Shown: positions 21,701 through 29,106 of the stretch, in pieces
How positions within the stretch are numbered: position 1 is the stretch's first letter
Layout: every line of letters starts with the position of its first letter
IMG/VR virus record: IMGVR_UViG_3300025652_000098
Span: 1 to 52,937 of that record
Reading direction: 5' to 3' (one strand)
Length of the DNA stretch: 52,937 nt
Source: a virus
Taxonomy: Duplodnaviria; Caudoviricetes
Program-made: the position numbers and the translations under genes
Notes under the pieces: model-generated
Databases searched by the model: none
Told to the model about the DNA's origin: nothing
Seen by the model: the letters and a program-made list of their open reading frames with translations, nothing else

Positions 21701-23074
21701 TTGTTGACAAATCCGTCTTCGTTCGATATTTCTTGGGCAGCAGCAGCAGGAGCGGATGAGTTAATTCTTTCGAATGTGTATAACTTTACTAGTGACAATT
21801 CCGTTGTTCAAGTAAATCAGAAATATGAAAGCGAGACGCTGACTAATAGTGAGTATGTGTTACTTTCAGAAAAAGAGAATAAAAAACTAATACCGGAATA
21901 TCTACATATCAAAATGCGTGATAGTCTTGTTGGCTATAATCGTTATAGTGAAAGATACACATATACTTCGTATGATGTGGTAACAACATACAGTGTTTCT
22001 GATGTGGTACTAAGTGGCAATGATTATTATATAAGTCTACGTGATGTGAATACTGGCAACACACCTAATGCTACTGAGGAATTCTGGAGAAGAATATACG
22101 ATTATGAATTACCAGCAGAAACTCAAGCAACTGACATTGATGTATTGTCTCCTATTCTGTTGCCTAACATTAGGCTTCATCCTTATAACAGATTTGGTCA
22201 CTTGACCAGACCTGCTCAGAGTCTTATCAGAAATAAATCAGAAGCAAGACAGAACTTCATTGAAGCATTTAATTCTATAACTGCTGATATTGTTATGGTA
22301 TCAGAATATCCTAATCTAGAAGATTATATTGGACAAACTTTCGTCGAGGGTGAAGTCACATATAACCCGAGAGATTTCTGGAATTATGTTGACTATACAA
22401 AACGCACATACAACACATCCGGCGATATGGATTATATGTTTAATACTGACACTGTTGTCAACTATCGTGTGGACTCGTTGACAGATATTAGAGAAGAAAA
22501 TATATCTGGAACATACCAGAATGGTGATTTGGTTTACGTGAGTAGCATTATTCATAGTGACGGATTGACCAGACCTGCTATATATCGCAGACTTGATAAC
22601 GACTGGGTATTAGAATGGAAGAAGAACGGAACAATCGAATTTAGTGAAGAACTATGGAACGTAAATAAGTATGGACATGGGTTTGATGTAACTGGGTTTG
22701 ACTCTGTTGGGTTTGATTCCGATCCAAGTAACATATTATATCATTTGATTGAGCAAGTTAGAAACAAAATGTTCTTGACAAAACCAGAATTATATAATAA
22801 ACTATGGTTTAGTTGGTTACATCAAGCGGTGACAGAAAACACCACTAGTGACTTTGCGTTCAAGACAACATATACTTCCATGGATATTTCGTATCCGTTG
22901 AATACTACCGCGAAACTTTATCAGCCACAGAACACAGATGTGTTGGAAGGGTTCTTTAACGATATCAAACCATTCCATACTAAGCTGAGAAAGATTAACG
23001 AAAACCCAACACACGACGAAACATCTAAATTAGAGATTAGCGAGACATATTCGATAGGAATAGTTACTCCTTGA
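12776..23074 (+). CDS. Giant (3432 aa) gp7-like baseplate wedge/structural protein with inserted CBM5/12-like and nested repeat domains
   Basis: Coupled to gp6 by TAATG. N-terminal LLPDIF, internal GTENALNALL and C-terminal IKPFHTK resemble gp7/P2 gpI motifs. GFD repeats near the C-terminus. Confidence 0.65.
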   Translation: MSQNYQANPTDAPLITRPGESKERLGTTNVTGLLPDIFRTHINKKFLNSTLEQLLSSGSLQAINSLVGSNNGYRKASDIYDSSNRFADNYQFTPSLVNKNDNNEITDVLSYDDFISALEFNGVDVNNHNNILNENGYTLRLPINYDMFINYHKYFWALNTVPVCELDYGSGPLAEALLIDDIDGLLLGSTYTTPTLANGKTLTLENGMRVKFIGDNVSGVNYAKDITYIVDNVGQPSGIKLTEQYDATGTKTWINKTIYNYSDPIRDYVVEPRFAPEQSAWSRTNLWVKDSVVISACDYNDLDSSDYAIETARAVRPIIEFFADCEKFDFGTEHLMNVSHAFENIVAPGTDIIGATNFNLASHLATTIWSLTGFDKGDKVYVDSDGELTYWECAQTHNDAKNPTFYMNSEYWKQIVAKTVVDGDTILFISSTDVAYNNTIRTAVVDGTGLITALTPLHDSGTLTPGDKIVVTVGYNEVFGDEYPNDIWSGSEWYWDNTTWVYGQQKDYRSEGMLFQAYDIDLNKLDDAAVYPNSSFAGDPIFDYSKSTSSIYDFALGFKPKYAEYGNNPGFEFTLGSGSIRYAYNKVNTNVNLSNSSVSNEFEIAGFYYFKNINTGKFTNNWTEVRGGQPVRRHYQNIFGTPSDSMIVDLGTNDVHNYDSFRVLSKGSELEFHTHSNQNSVTTFNRVNGTNPVLFMARNKTYTFKTVFDSDDLQFKDVSGNNIPGLTRSPAIDNEFTISLDGTVTDALIKYTLPGVDTGWISLSDIKEYNVDVTIRNDSGDTVLPETAYVISDNHLTITHDFAADDVVDVTWHTDGKLTSSAQGSFLPADTHILNPQNELVTTVEYSDLQHHIKSQMTSIPGFSDSFFGTNNYTALPMLNQFGGTIRQQAFSTELLTQTLSNTDSNPFSSLRFVSQRYNRFKSQFTQKVKQLHNTTDTSIPVYELVDRALREMNLGKNRNSDFSQSDMAFYNGYESVDVNWYDGDSNVFSLPQTINTFDDTVNHVQLWLKDVDGNGVARWRALIKDIDYTLTNYNVTINTSVTFDGDSRAYAHIRWYPQNSSSFIPPSAAKMGLVRPTKLSQLSNFYIDAGYITGQDDFVAPTVGTYTDALQLHDGSIHVRMGTELYNRNSSEFNIVDAAIWELDTRIENNLSDALNTVVDYKTIMPTAHRSTSYSWDDMSNAMRDDFNRWKTRNSVTVLNSASYYDAGDKFTWNYSSVGPGIGGWKGVYTYYFNTDRPHTHPWEMFGYNTQPTWWIVYYDWTDVNKKAALITALKTGHYNNPADTPKYSIDYAYTNYDWDTNTLVDITNVLLDPVAAAVVTAPVSVEASKDFVFGDLGPIESSWRNSSEYKINLFSTLMKLQPLWTINTYFRSLTRSIISNPDIDTVQHYFKDTKNLGNNKNANFTYLPFADNILSTITVTNGGTYATAPVLTVFSNFGDDATVTAHVNNGTMAAVSIDNPGGNFTGRPTIVTSEGNATFNVTTIAGATRYFGGMGNAIVEFAKYNNTPVDTLVERFNNMGYSPIVKASGFVNNDQNFILESSHDKGRVYYPADSHTTILYTSQPKDEKFFSSVKITKLAQGFSVSGMDNVGQTFSYYAPITTSSKIAVDINNKLYYNYSKYDTTATQLAYSSVLDDTQAVYNFILGYEKYLLAQGWKTAAWAAEAQKFVEWNATAAAGDYVFAKPDTSRLEITEPTLGYYDSLSTKYDGAYNLVDADGKLISNDKVLISRNIETSTGINTVMERKDNDTIIHGIRFYTVELEHVIVFDNESLFNDVVYQPAMGNLRDRITWRGTRTKDWNGKLYAPGFVVTGDRIVNNFDTVARELDQYYGPGNTLSNQQMLDVARFNVGYNRPAWADSLTLDDDTVWNFVKGTYKYSGTENALNALLRTTALYDTVADVTLHEDWAIRTADYGDTRSNETLEFVLTRDLVKTNPQPIRFTDGIRNDVLTDFVVDVDSNSNLLVTGTAGNNFQTRAPKQYNNTTSTTFADLTLVENDFSDAGLPLLTEADYRVLNRDDFVQFPTEVKDAYDFSGEWQSIGQWDNKTSYKFGDKVIYQGSVFQMVDSSGATGITRPNNPIDVVGTAVLPIISKAGGTFIIGESSGTATTINIVNTTTTTNYNPIAISGTEVNPVLAQNTTLVIASDDNELVTVTFANISDVIVYDSPTSTGDDVVNPVVSTPGGTLIVDGTTITFNDIDNNNINAESALLDVINGSLTVARINAIEALRLVYPSGTWGAFLASYFATSVAGLDITFLLTERGTPAYEAEIDALITNDVNIINSLQGTVYSPTLVIAGTETVAPQDSTAAQTDMEAGTYIDDVSIWLAANLTTVFSSSTVVASQSTNRVYNLAAIIQKITAAAIPNIVASNSSNQLKITKTNVDTSTAATLIIGEGTLNTTLGFPIVGETVVSTGIAVPTAGIIDLTSIVSQINTAVIPGISAQASLNNTLTISSNSTQVVIDASSTALTALGIVSGTILATSNVSSTSSTNDIDDIVSLINAEGLSGILAANSNNRLKITSTASTLYIGPGTINSVVGLQSNTYTASQTVVSNTFQAIRSENGDEIQVFLELENDPAVFSIWVADDSSLDGLGNFGYDVHQSMDFGMYVSRACAGITEADNAEITVSLASDVTNNKGNSLHNLTVGDYVLITGSNTTPKIDGIHKVVEIDANNKRRFFIDEFIEKEGNVGNIYPLRSVRFDTIDSLLSEYNSFTTVDGLSIPKYNFAGFRQNNSLRPIYAFVNSDDLGRPAVYRWTGRFGMTDGNTYGDWVKVRVTYDQARNDLIENVKIFDAENQTYINNIEIFDPFKGIIPGFAEREIDYKSTNDIAIYNFNNASGSIVTDNAWKDSHVDERWWDLRSAVYLNYEQGNIDYKRSHWGRLFDGASIDIYEWTRSPSLPEEWETLVTNGAVVDGKTASGEAYSYELNNETIYQWTESVYYNPDKNRTETTYYFWVKNKTTTANNRNYNVSQLRELLTNPSSFDISWAAAAGADELILSNVYNFTSDNSVVQVNQKYESETLTNSEYVLLSEKENKKLIPEYLHIKMRDSLVGYNRYSERYTYTSYDVVTTYSVSDVVLSGNDYYISLRDVNTGNTPNATEEFWRRIYDYELPAETQATDIDVLSPILLPNIRLHPYNRFGHLTRPAQSLIRNKSEARQNFIEAFNSITADIVMVSEYPNLEDYIGQTFVEGEVTYNPRDFWNYVDYTKRTYNTSGDMDYMFNTDTVVNYRVDSLTDIREENISGTYQNGDLVYVSSIIHSDGLTRPAIYRRLDNDWVLEWKKNGTIEFSEELWNVNKYGHGFDVTGFDSVGFDSDPSNILYHLIEQVRNKMFLTKPELYNKLWFSWLHQAVTENTTSDFAFKTTYTSMDISYPLNTTAKLYQPQNTDVLEGFFNDIKPFHTKLRKINENPTHDETSKLEISETYSIGIVTP

Positions 23075-23080
23075 TGGGAA

Positions 23081-23109
23081 TAAAGTAGAGTTTAATTTTT
23101 TAATAAATA
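23081..23109 (+). promoter_or_regulatory. Late promoter ATAAATA with upstream TAAAGTAGAGTTTAA element
   Basis: Intergenic, with the same 7-nt spacing as the two other late promoters. Confidence 0.7.
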
Positions 23110-23125
23110 TATAAAATGGAATGAA

Positions 23126-23722
23126 ATGAAAATGGATCTGACAAACAACGAAAATTCTAGATTAAGTATCGAAGGTCATATTAAGATTATTGACCCGGAT
23201 ACTGGCGAGGTCATTCTTTCTAAGAGAAATGCTATTAACTTTGAAAACATGAGTGTTACTATTGCTAATCTATTGGCAAACAATGCTGGAACTTCTGGAT
23301 CTTATGTAATCTCGAATATCAGATTCGGTAATGGCGGCACACTCATAGATAGTGATGGCAACATTACGTATAAAACAACAAACACGGACATTACCAGTGG
23401 CGCACTGTATAATCAAACATATAAACAAACAGTAGATGATACAGTCACCCAGTCAAGCGATAACCAGGTAGTGGTATCACATACATCTAATACAGATTAT
23501 AGTGATGTGACTATTACTTGCCTTGTTGCGACAGGTTATCCTACTGGCGAAGACACTACTGATGTGGGGAATAGTGCGGACTATATCTTCGACGAAGTCG
23601 CAGTGTACAACGCAAATGGCGAGATGCTAACTCATGTTATCTTTGTGCCTAGAACAAAAGAATCTGCTCAACAGATTCAAATAACATATACGATAAGAAT
23701 AAAGACAACACTCGGAACATAA
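23126..23722 (+). CDS. Virion structural protein, tail-collar/fibre-attachment-like
   Basis: GHIKIIDPDTGEV..KRNAI, FGNGG, FDEVAVY...LTHVIFVPRTK...ITYTIRI pattern. Tail-module context. Confidence 0.55.
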   Translation: MKMDLTNNENSRLSIEGHIKIIDPDTGEVILSKRNAINFENMSVTIANLLANNAGTSGSYVISNIRFGNGGTLIDSDGNITYKTTNTDITSGALYNQTYKQTVDDTVTQSSDNQVVVSHTSNTDYSDVTITCLVATGYPTGEDTTDVGNSADYIFDEVAVYNANGEMLTHVIFVPRTKESAQQIQITYTIRIKTTLGT

Positions 23723-23735
23723 CGAAGGAAACAAT

Positions 23736-24650
23736 ATGCCATATAACATAAACTATTCAGATGCGAGTAAGCCTAATATCATCATCGCAGACGGCACACT
23801 AGATACAAGCACAAGTCTTGTGTTGCTTGGTAAAAATTCTTCAAACATCGGAGAATATTCTAACGAAAATCTTCTACATCTTTTGGAGAATTTCTCTTCT
23901 GGAGTTGAGCCCGTTAATCCAGTAGACGGTCAGCAATGGTACGACAGCTCTACGAATCAGGTAAAAATTCACGATACTGGAAAATGGTATGTGATTGGGT
24001 TTACAGGAAACACAAGAATCGAAGTAAGAAATCGTTTAGACACACAGGACATTCTTCATAAAACAATCGAAAATATTGTTGATGATGTGATTGTAACAAT
24101 CACGGTTGATGACACTACCTCATGGACGCCTGCTGCTAGTGAATTTCTAGAGGATGGTGTAACTCGGCTTGATACACAGTTCCCCACAATCCAGGCTGGT
24201 ATCAATATGAATACCACTAATAACTATAAGTTCAGAGGCACCGCTACTAGTGCTGAGTACGCCGATCTCGCGGAACGTTATGCCGCTGATAAGGTATTAG
24301 AACCAGGAACAGTTGTAAAGATTGGTGGTTCAGCAGAAATAACACAAACACTACAACAAAACGATACTGATGTATTTGGTGTAATCTCTACCGCGCCAGC
24401 ATTTGAAATGAATAGCTCAGCTGGTACAGATGACAGTCATCCATATGTTGCGCTTGCTGGACGTGTTCCTTGTAAGGTAGTCGGCAGAATACTCAAGGGA
24501 GAAAGACTAGTTACTAGTAATGTTCCTGGTCATGCTAAGTCAGCCTATATGACAGATGTGCTAGATTACAGAGCCATAATCGGTAGAGCACTAGAGGATC
24601 ATCTAGTCGAGAGCACCGGAACAATAGAGATAGTCGTAGGGACAAAGTAA
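23736..24650 (+). CDS. Short tail-fibre-like protein with C-terminal intramolecular chaperone (Peptidase G2-like) domain
   Basis: N-terminal LLGKN...NENLLHLLENF...P.NPVDGQQWYD. C-terminal YADLAERY...PGTVV.IGG...GVISTAPAF.MN...VALAGRVPCKVVG...LVTS..PGHA. Confidence 0.7.
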   Translation: MPYNINYSDASKPNIIIADGTLDTSTSLVLLGKNSSNIGEYSNENLLHLLENFSSGVEPVNPVDGQQWYDSSTNQVKIHDTGKWYVIGFTGNTRIEVRNRLDTQDILHKTIENIVDDVIVTITVDDTTSWTPAASEFLEDGVTRLDTQFPTIQAGINMNTTNNYKFRGTATSAEYADLAERYAADKVLEPGTVVKIGGSAEITQTLQQNDTDVFGVISTAPAFEMNSSAGTDDSHPYVALAGRVPCKVVGRILKGERLVTSNVPGHAKSAYMTDVLDYRAIIGRALEDHLVESTGTIEIVVGTK

Positions 24651-24652
24651 AA

Positions 24653-26863
24653 ATGGCTGTCAACCAAGGTAATACAGTAAACGCTAGTGAGTACAATACT
24701 ATCGCAACACTTGTGAATAAAGTGTTTGGCGACAACTATTCTGCTGCTACGGTTCAGGATGGCGCAGCTATCCATGTTATCGCTGACGGAACAACTGGTA
24801 TATTGGATGTCAATTTAGTCGTGGATGACACCACTGGACTAGTACCTGGACAACAAGCCACTGGTGCTGGGTACAGAAGTGCTCAGTCAATTGTGAGTGT
24901 AGATAGCTCTACACAAATCACGATGTCCGCAATTGCCGACGCTGTTGTCGAGCGTAGTTATGTATCTGGCGGGTCTAGCGGGTTCAGCCTACCAACTTTG
25001 ACAGTGAACGACACTACAGATTTACGTCAAGGCATGGTTGTTACAGGCACTGGATATTCTAGTGGTCAAACCATTCTTCACATAATTAACGGAACAACTC
25101 TTACTATGTCGGATTTGACTGATGTGGCTATTTCAGCTACCTATGTCTCTGGCGGTCTTCAAACCACTACATTAATCGTTGATGATACTACTGGAATTAT
25201 TCCAGGAATGGGCGTCACGGGTGATGGATACACCGACGGACAAACAGTCAGTGCGGTGATTGATGGAACGACACTTACGATATCCGCGTTGCCGGACGCT
25301 GTGCGCTTGGTTTCATATGTTGGTGGCGGGTTTATTAATACCACTCTGACAGTGGGCGAGACTGCGGGAATGACAGTGGGAATGATGGTATCCGGAACTG
25401 GATACACTAGCGGACAGACTATTGTTGGTGTAATCAATGAAACAACTCTTATAATGTCTGCGGTAGCAGATGTGCTGCCAGATGGGGTATTGTCATTCCG
25501 CGCCGCACCCACTGGCGTATTAGACTTTCATAGTCTGATCTCTGGTACATTGAGCTTTGGACCAGCGCCAGAAAATAGACTTTATTTTCTTCCTGCTGTA
25601 GCATTCAGTAGAAAAGATGTTCACAAATTTGGTTGGGGCGCTACTAATATAGACGCTGCTGTTAAGCCGACCATAACAATAACTGGCGCAGTTGGCAACG
25701 GCAGCACGATAACATATACTACTGATGTGGACCACGAATTTGCCAACAACACACATGTTGATATAACTGGCATTGTTTCAGATGGATCAGATCCATCAAG
25801 TCTTAATGCGACGAAAGATATTATTATTGCCATACCTACGCCAACTACATTTACTGTTGAAAGCATTGTAACAGACACGTATATCTCTGGCGGCGCAGTA
25901 TCCGCACATATAGTAATAACCGCTGATAGATTGGTTAAGTTACTTGACCGTACAAACGTAATGATAGATCATTGTGATATTGACGACACTATATTGATAT
26001 TTGCCGAGCCTGAAAATAGAACAACCATTTTGACTAGAACACTTGTTCGAGCAGAAGATTTGAATGTAATCGAATCTAAAATAAACAATTCCATTATTGC
26101 TAATAATACACATGCGTCGGTAGATGTAGAAAACGTAACTACTCTGCCTGAAATTACTGAGATTATTGAACGTACTACTCCGTGGGAAGACAAGCTAGAA
26201 TGTGAATGGACATGGACCTTCTCGGATTATAATGCCGCTCGTTATTTCTTTAATAGTGGTGGACAGTTACGTCTCAGTATGGATATAGCAGGCGGGTCAA
26301 CGATAGGATATTATAACTGGGCTGACGCGATATTCGACCTAGGAACGTTAAATTTTAACTGGGATACAGTATCTCAGGCAACAAATAGAGATCCGGGAAC
26401 ATCATATGGACGAGGATTCTATAATCTGACAGAAAACTATGGCGACGGATCAGATACCAACAGCGGCGAAGGGTTACTATTCGTAGGAGCAGCGTCCAAC
26501 GTAGGCGGATATGGCTATGGATATACTGGCAGTAGTATTAGTAATTACAGCGGCGGATATAGTGGCGGATATAGTGGCGGCTACAGCGGCGGATATAGTG
26601 GCGGCTACGGGTATGGATACAGTAACTACAGTACTCGTCGCATTAAATTATACGGAAAATATTCTGGTTCAGGTGAAGTGATTCACTTTAAGATAGTTCT
26701 GGACGATAGTGTGTATGATTCGCCTGTGGATGGCATAATCTCTACGAACTTTGAACTGTATATGCCTACTATAATCACATCCCCTAATGATTCTACTGTT
26801 ATCTTTGATGTGTCACCAGCTCCGACATTTATAATAACGAATGATTTCTCAGACGATATATAA
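24653..26863 (+). CDS. Tail-associated structural protein with four nested beta-domain repeats and a Gly/Tyr/Ser loop
   Basis: Four ~58-aa repeats (TLxVDDTTGxxxGMxVTGxGYxxGQT), FSDYNAARYFFNSGGQLR and (YSGG)5. Confidence 0.6.
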   Translation: MAVNQGNTVNASEYNTIATLVNKVFGDNYSAATVQDGAAIHVIADGTTGILDVNLVVDDTTGLVPGQQATGAGYRSAQSIVSVDSSTQITMSAIADAVVERSYVSGGSSGFSLPTLTVNDTTDLRQGMVVTGTGYSSGQTILHIINGTTLTMSDLTDVAISATYVSGGLQTTTLIVDDTTGIIPGMGVTGDGYTDGQTVSAVIDGTTLTISALPDAVRLVSYVGGGFINTTLTVGETAGMTVGMMVSGTGYTSGQTIVGVINETTLIMSAVADVLPDGVLSFRAAPTGVLDFHSLISGTLSFGPAPENRLYFLPAVAFSRKDVHKFGWGATNIDAAVKPTITITGAVGNGSTITYTTDVDHEFANNTHVDITGIVSDGSDPSSLNATKDIIIAIPTPTTFTVESIVTDTYISGGAVSAHIVITADRLVKLLDRTNVMIDHCDIDDTILIFAEPENRTTILTRTLVRAEDLNVIESKINNSIIANNTHASVDVENVTTLPEITEIIERTTPWEDKLECEWTWTFSDYNAARYFFNSGGQLRLSMDIAGGSTIGYYNWADAIFDLGTLNFNWDTVSQATNRDPGTSYGRGFYNLTENYGDGSDTNSGEGLLFVGAASNVGGYGYGYTGSSISNYSGGYSGGYSGGYSGGYSGGYGYGYSNYSTRRIKLYGKYSGSGEVIHFKIVLDDSVYDSPVDGIISTNFELYMPTIITSPNDSTVIFDVSPAPTFIITNDFSDDI
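26546..26605 (+). repeat. Five 12-bp tandem coding repeats, TAYAGYGGCGGM = (YSGG)5
   Basis: tacagcggcgga tatagtggcgga tatagtggcggc tacagcggcgga tatagtggcggc. Confidence 0.95.
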
Positions 26864-26871
26864 AAAAACAC

Positions 26872-26900
26872 TTGACAACCCATACTAAATAAGTTATAGT
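26872..26900 (+). promoter_or_regulatory. sigma70 promoter heading the modification cluster, with a late-type CTAAATA in its spacer
   Basis: TTGACA (26872-77) - 17 nt - TATAGT (26895-900). CTAAATA at 26885-91. AGGAG RBS before ATG 26929. Confidence 0.78.
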
Positions 26901-26928
26901 AGTAGTTAACTATAATAGGAGAAATCGT

Positions 26929-27276
26929 ATGGATGAGAGACTTGAAAAGGCTCTTGAGTTTGGTAACTATCGTCAAACACTCGCTAATCAAAAAAGAAAT
27001 ATTAAGGCTAGAATGGAGGTACTACAACTAGTACCTTATGAGGGCGGAACATTTTCTGCCACTCCGTTGCTAATCAGCTTTGTCGGAACACTGATGACCG
27101 CTAAAAAAACAACAGCTATTGTACTAGACATCAAAGAGAAACCTGTCAAGATTGCGGATCTCTCTGATTTTCTAGAGGTGCTAATCAGTTCTTATACGGA
27201 AGCATCAAACGAATTCAGCACACACATGGAAAAAATTAATAAAGCACGAAACATTAAGAAAATCATGGATTGGTAA
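26929..27276 (+). CDS. Hypothetical protein (115 aa, helical; possibly tail-fibre accessory)
   Basis: Strong RBS, overlaps the next gene, no catalytic motif recognised. Confidence 0.6.
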   Translation: MDERLEKALEFGNYRQTLANQKRNIKARMEVLQLVPYEGGTFSATPLLISFVGTLMTAKKTTAIVLDIKEKPVKIADLSDFLEVLISSYTEASNEFSTHMEKINKARNIKKIMDW

Positions 27277-28178
27277 TGGACGAAGTAAAAAAAGAAGGCA
27301 CAGGTGTTTGTTTCTTTGCTTATAATAACGAAAAAATTGACTATATTAGATTAGCTCATATTGCCGCGGCATATGTTAAAAAAAGCATGAAGAACAACCG
27401 CACATGCCTTATCACCGATGAGGGAAGTCTTGGTTGGATCAAAGAGTCCATTGACGCAACATGGCATGATGAAGTTTTCGATCATGTTATTGTTACGCCT
27501 AGGCCAACAAATCATAACCCACGCAGACATCACGATAGCCCATGGACTGAGTTCAGCGCACCATTCTTCAATGATAACAAGAATGGAGTCGTTGACTACA
27601 CACCGTTCGAAAAGACATTGCTTGTAGATATCGATTACTTTATTCAGAATGATTTTTATGATTATATTTTTGATACCGATGTTCCTGTATCTATGCACAG
27701 GACTGCACGGTATCTAGAACACCAGGGACCTTATGCCAATGAGCGTGAACTAAATGAAGCAGGCATTCACCACTGGTGGAGCACTGTGGTTTATTTTGAT
27801 CAGAGCGAAGAAAGCAGAATATTCTTTGGCATATGGGAACATGTTAAGGAAAACTGGGACTATTATGCGTTACTTTATCAGTTTCCCCATGCTCTCTTTA
27901 GAACAGATTTTTGTGTTAGTGTCGCTGCCCACATGATGAATGGATTTAATAACGATACATTCGTGGATGACTTTATGGGTGTTGACTTAATCAATATGGA
28001 TCAAAAAGATGATCTGATTGAGGTAAAAGACATTGATGACCTGATACTGTTGGTACACAACAGAAGAGAACCATGGAAGAATATTCTGACTAGAATACAG
28101 AATACAAATATTCATCTGATGAATAAAATGTCGATTCAACGACAATCTGATGAATTAATCAAGCATTTGAGAACATAA
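27270..28178 (+). CDS. GT-A fold glycosyltransferase (GT8-like)
   Basis: YTPFEKTLLVDIDY (DxD), WWSTVVYF, FRTDFCVSVA, H.MNK. Confidence 0.75.
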   Translation: MVMDEVKKEGTGVCFFAYNNEKIDYIRLAHIAAAYVKKSMKNNRTCLITDEGSLGWIKESIDATWHDEVFDHVIVTPRPTNHNPRRHHDSPWTEFSAPFFNDNKNGVVDYTPFEKTLLVDIDYFIQNDFYDYIFDTDVPVSMHRTARYLEHQGPYANERELNEAGIHHWWSTVVYFDQSEESRIFFGIWEHVKENWDYYALLYQFPHALFRTDFCVSVAAHMMNGFNNDTFVDDFMGVDLINMDQKDDLIEVKDIDDLILLVHNRREPWKNILTRIQNTNIHLMNKMSIQRQSDELIKHLRT

Positions 28179-28179
28179 C

Positions 28180-29106
28180 ATGACACATGATATTGATAAG
28201 AATTTTGTAAAAGATTCAGAAGATTCCACTAGAGGATTTGTAACGATTGGCATTGATACCGATACTGACCAGATCAAGTATAATTATTTACTAGCAACTA
28301 GTATAAAATTGTCTGATCCCAATGCTTCAGTATGCTTAATCGTAGACAAAAATAAGTCTGATCTTGTACCGAAAAAATATCTTCACATATTTGATTATAT
28401 TGCTGAACTGCCGTTTGGTAATACCGGTCATAGAGATGGGTTTCATGGTAGTAATTTATGGCAAATTATTCATTGTACTCCGTATGACGAAACGATTTAT
28501 GTGGACAACGATACATTATTTTTGAATGTTGATATAGACCTATTATGGGACAAATGTTCTTCTTATGATTTAGCAATGCCAAGCACTGCGTTGACATTTA
28601 GAAATCATAGATTTGATAAGAGACATATGTTCAATGTGGAAGAGACCTATGATCTTCCGACCTTGTTTAGCAACTTTATATATTTCAAAGGAGCAGCTCC
28701 TCTAGCATTAGAATGGTTCAAAATGGCGGATCCAGTATATCAGAACTGGAGAGATGCCTACAAGAATATATTTAAAGATATTAAGCCCTTATCATTTGAT
28801 AAGACAGTTATTGCTAATATAGTTACTTCCTTGTTGGATGTAGAAAAGGAAGTCTCTGTTGACCTATCTTTCTTTTATGATTTACAGAATACGGGCCAGA
28901 GACTCTGGTCAAATGATATACCAAGCAAATGGACTGATATGCTTAATCATTGGATTGTTGGCACTAAGGAAGTTATTATAGAGACTAGCGCCATCACTGG
29001 TGGAATAATTCATTATAGAGATGATTCATTTGCTACGAAAGGACTTATAGATGAATTCGTTAAACAATTTGATACGGAAGACAAGCGTAGAAAAATCGCC
29101 GACTAA
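28180..29106 (+). CDS. GT-A fold glycosyltransferase (GT8-like), paralog of upstream gene
   Basis: RGFVTIG, TPYDETIYVDNDTLF (DxD), SNFIYFK, IIHY. Confidence 0.75.
   Translation: MTHDIDKNFVKDSEDSTRGFVTIGIDTDTDQIKYNYLLATSIKLSDPNASVCLIVDKNKSDLVPKKYLHIFDYIAELPFGNTGHRDGFHGSNLWQIIHCTPYDETIYVDNDTLFLNVDIDLLWDKCSSYDLAMPSTALTFRNHRFDKRHMFNVEETYDLPTLFSNFIYFKGAAPLALEWFKMADPVYQNWRDAYKNIFKDIKPLSFDKTVIANIVTSLLDVEKEVSVDLSFFYDLQNTGQRLWSNDIPSKWTDMLNHWIVGTKEVIIETSAITGGIIHYRDDSFATKGLIDEFVKQFDTEDKRRKIAD

Noticed and set aside
26546-26605. Tandem repeat as a possible CRISPR array
   Set aside because: 12-bp in-frame units with no spacers, and no cas genes in the window.
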